Below, one piece after another: positions 63,876 to 64,000 of a stretch of 64,000 nucleotides of DNA (positions are counted from its first letter, which is position 1; each line of letters opens with the position of its first letter). The notes below the pieces were generated by a model. That model saw nothing but the letters and a program-made list of their open reading frames with translations, searched no databases and had not been told where the DNA came from. Origin of the DNA: Dehalococcoidia bacterium (GTDB lineage Bacteria > Chloroflexota > Dehalococcoidia > UBA6926); the NCBI GenBank assembly GCA_009841045.1, contig VXMO01000002.1:41248-105247 (forward strand), in the 5' to 3' direction. The position numbers were made by a program, and so were the translations under genes.

Positions 63876-64000
63876 GTTGCGGAGTCTTGCATATCGACGG
63901 GGCTTGGGCAAGCGATTCGGGTAGTCATTCGGGATAAAAGTTGCATACACAATAAATGTGACTGATAATAATTGCCGTAAACAAATAATAAGGATGTCCT

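Noticed and set aside
63876-64000. SAM/cobalamin riboswitch or Fur box upstream of the MetE-like gene
   Set aside because: No riboswitch consensus recognised; the AT-rich stretch matches a Fur box only partly and is cut by the window edge.
1-64000. CRISPR arrays, tRNA and rRNA genes
   Set aside because: Intergenic gaps are short and none shows regularly spaced repeats or a cloverleaf; not confirmed with tRNAscan or Infernal.

Overview
GC-rich (about 60% by eye) bacterial chromosomal segment with roughly 49 genes. No rRNA, tRNA or CRISPR array was recognised. The gene content suggests Chloroflexota (Dehalococcoidia/SAR202-like), probably a marine-sponge symbiont; this is an inference from the DUF2298/TIGR03663 pair, the tandem CaiB transferase, the rplU-rpmA-rpmE-DUF1385 block and a sup-type PKS cluster. 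Left to right: the distal part of a complex I operon (nuoH-I-J-K-L-N, with no nuoM and a repeat-extended NuoI); a tandem HicB-like gene; an aldo/keto reductase; a long + strand run (birA, VTT protein, hisG, Zn-phospholipase-C-like, hisD, ftsY, two GT-C-like membrane proteins, flippase-like protein, FAD oxidoreductase); RidA, MidA and 2-oxoacid:ferredoxin oxidoreductase genes; an MBL hydrolase, a hypothetical, a His-less Rieske-like protein and miaB; a membrane-anchored sulfite-oxidase-family enzyme; ribosomal protein genes; an apparently non-catalytic large serine recombinase; an RlmD-Maf fusion; a CoA-transferase/crotonase pair; addBA; a sup-like PKS cluster (PKS, ACP, PPTase, hydrolase, SulP); and a MetE-core protein. 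The strongest candidates for something undescribed are the sup-like PKS variant with a terminal AT-less KS and a Tyr-to-His KR, the nuoM-less complex I operon, and the ftsY-linked putative lipid-linked glycosylation cluster. All calls come from motif recognition by eye; no database searches were run.
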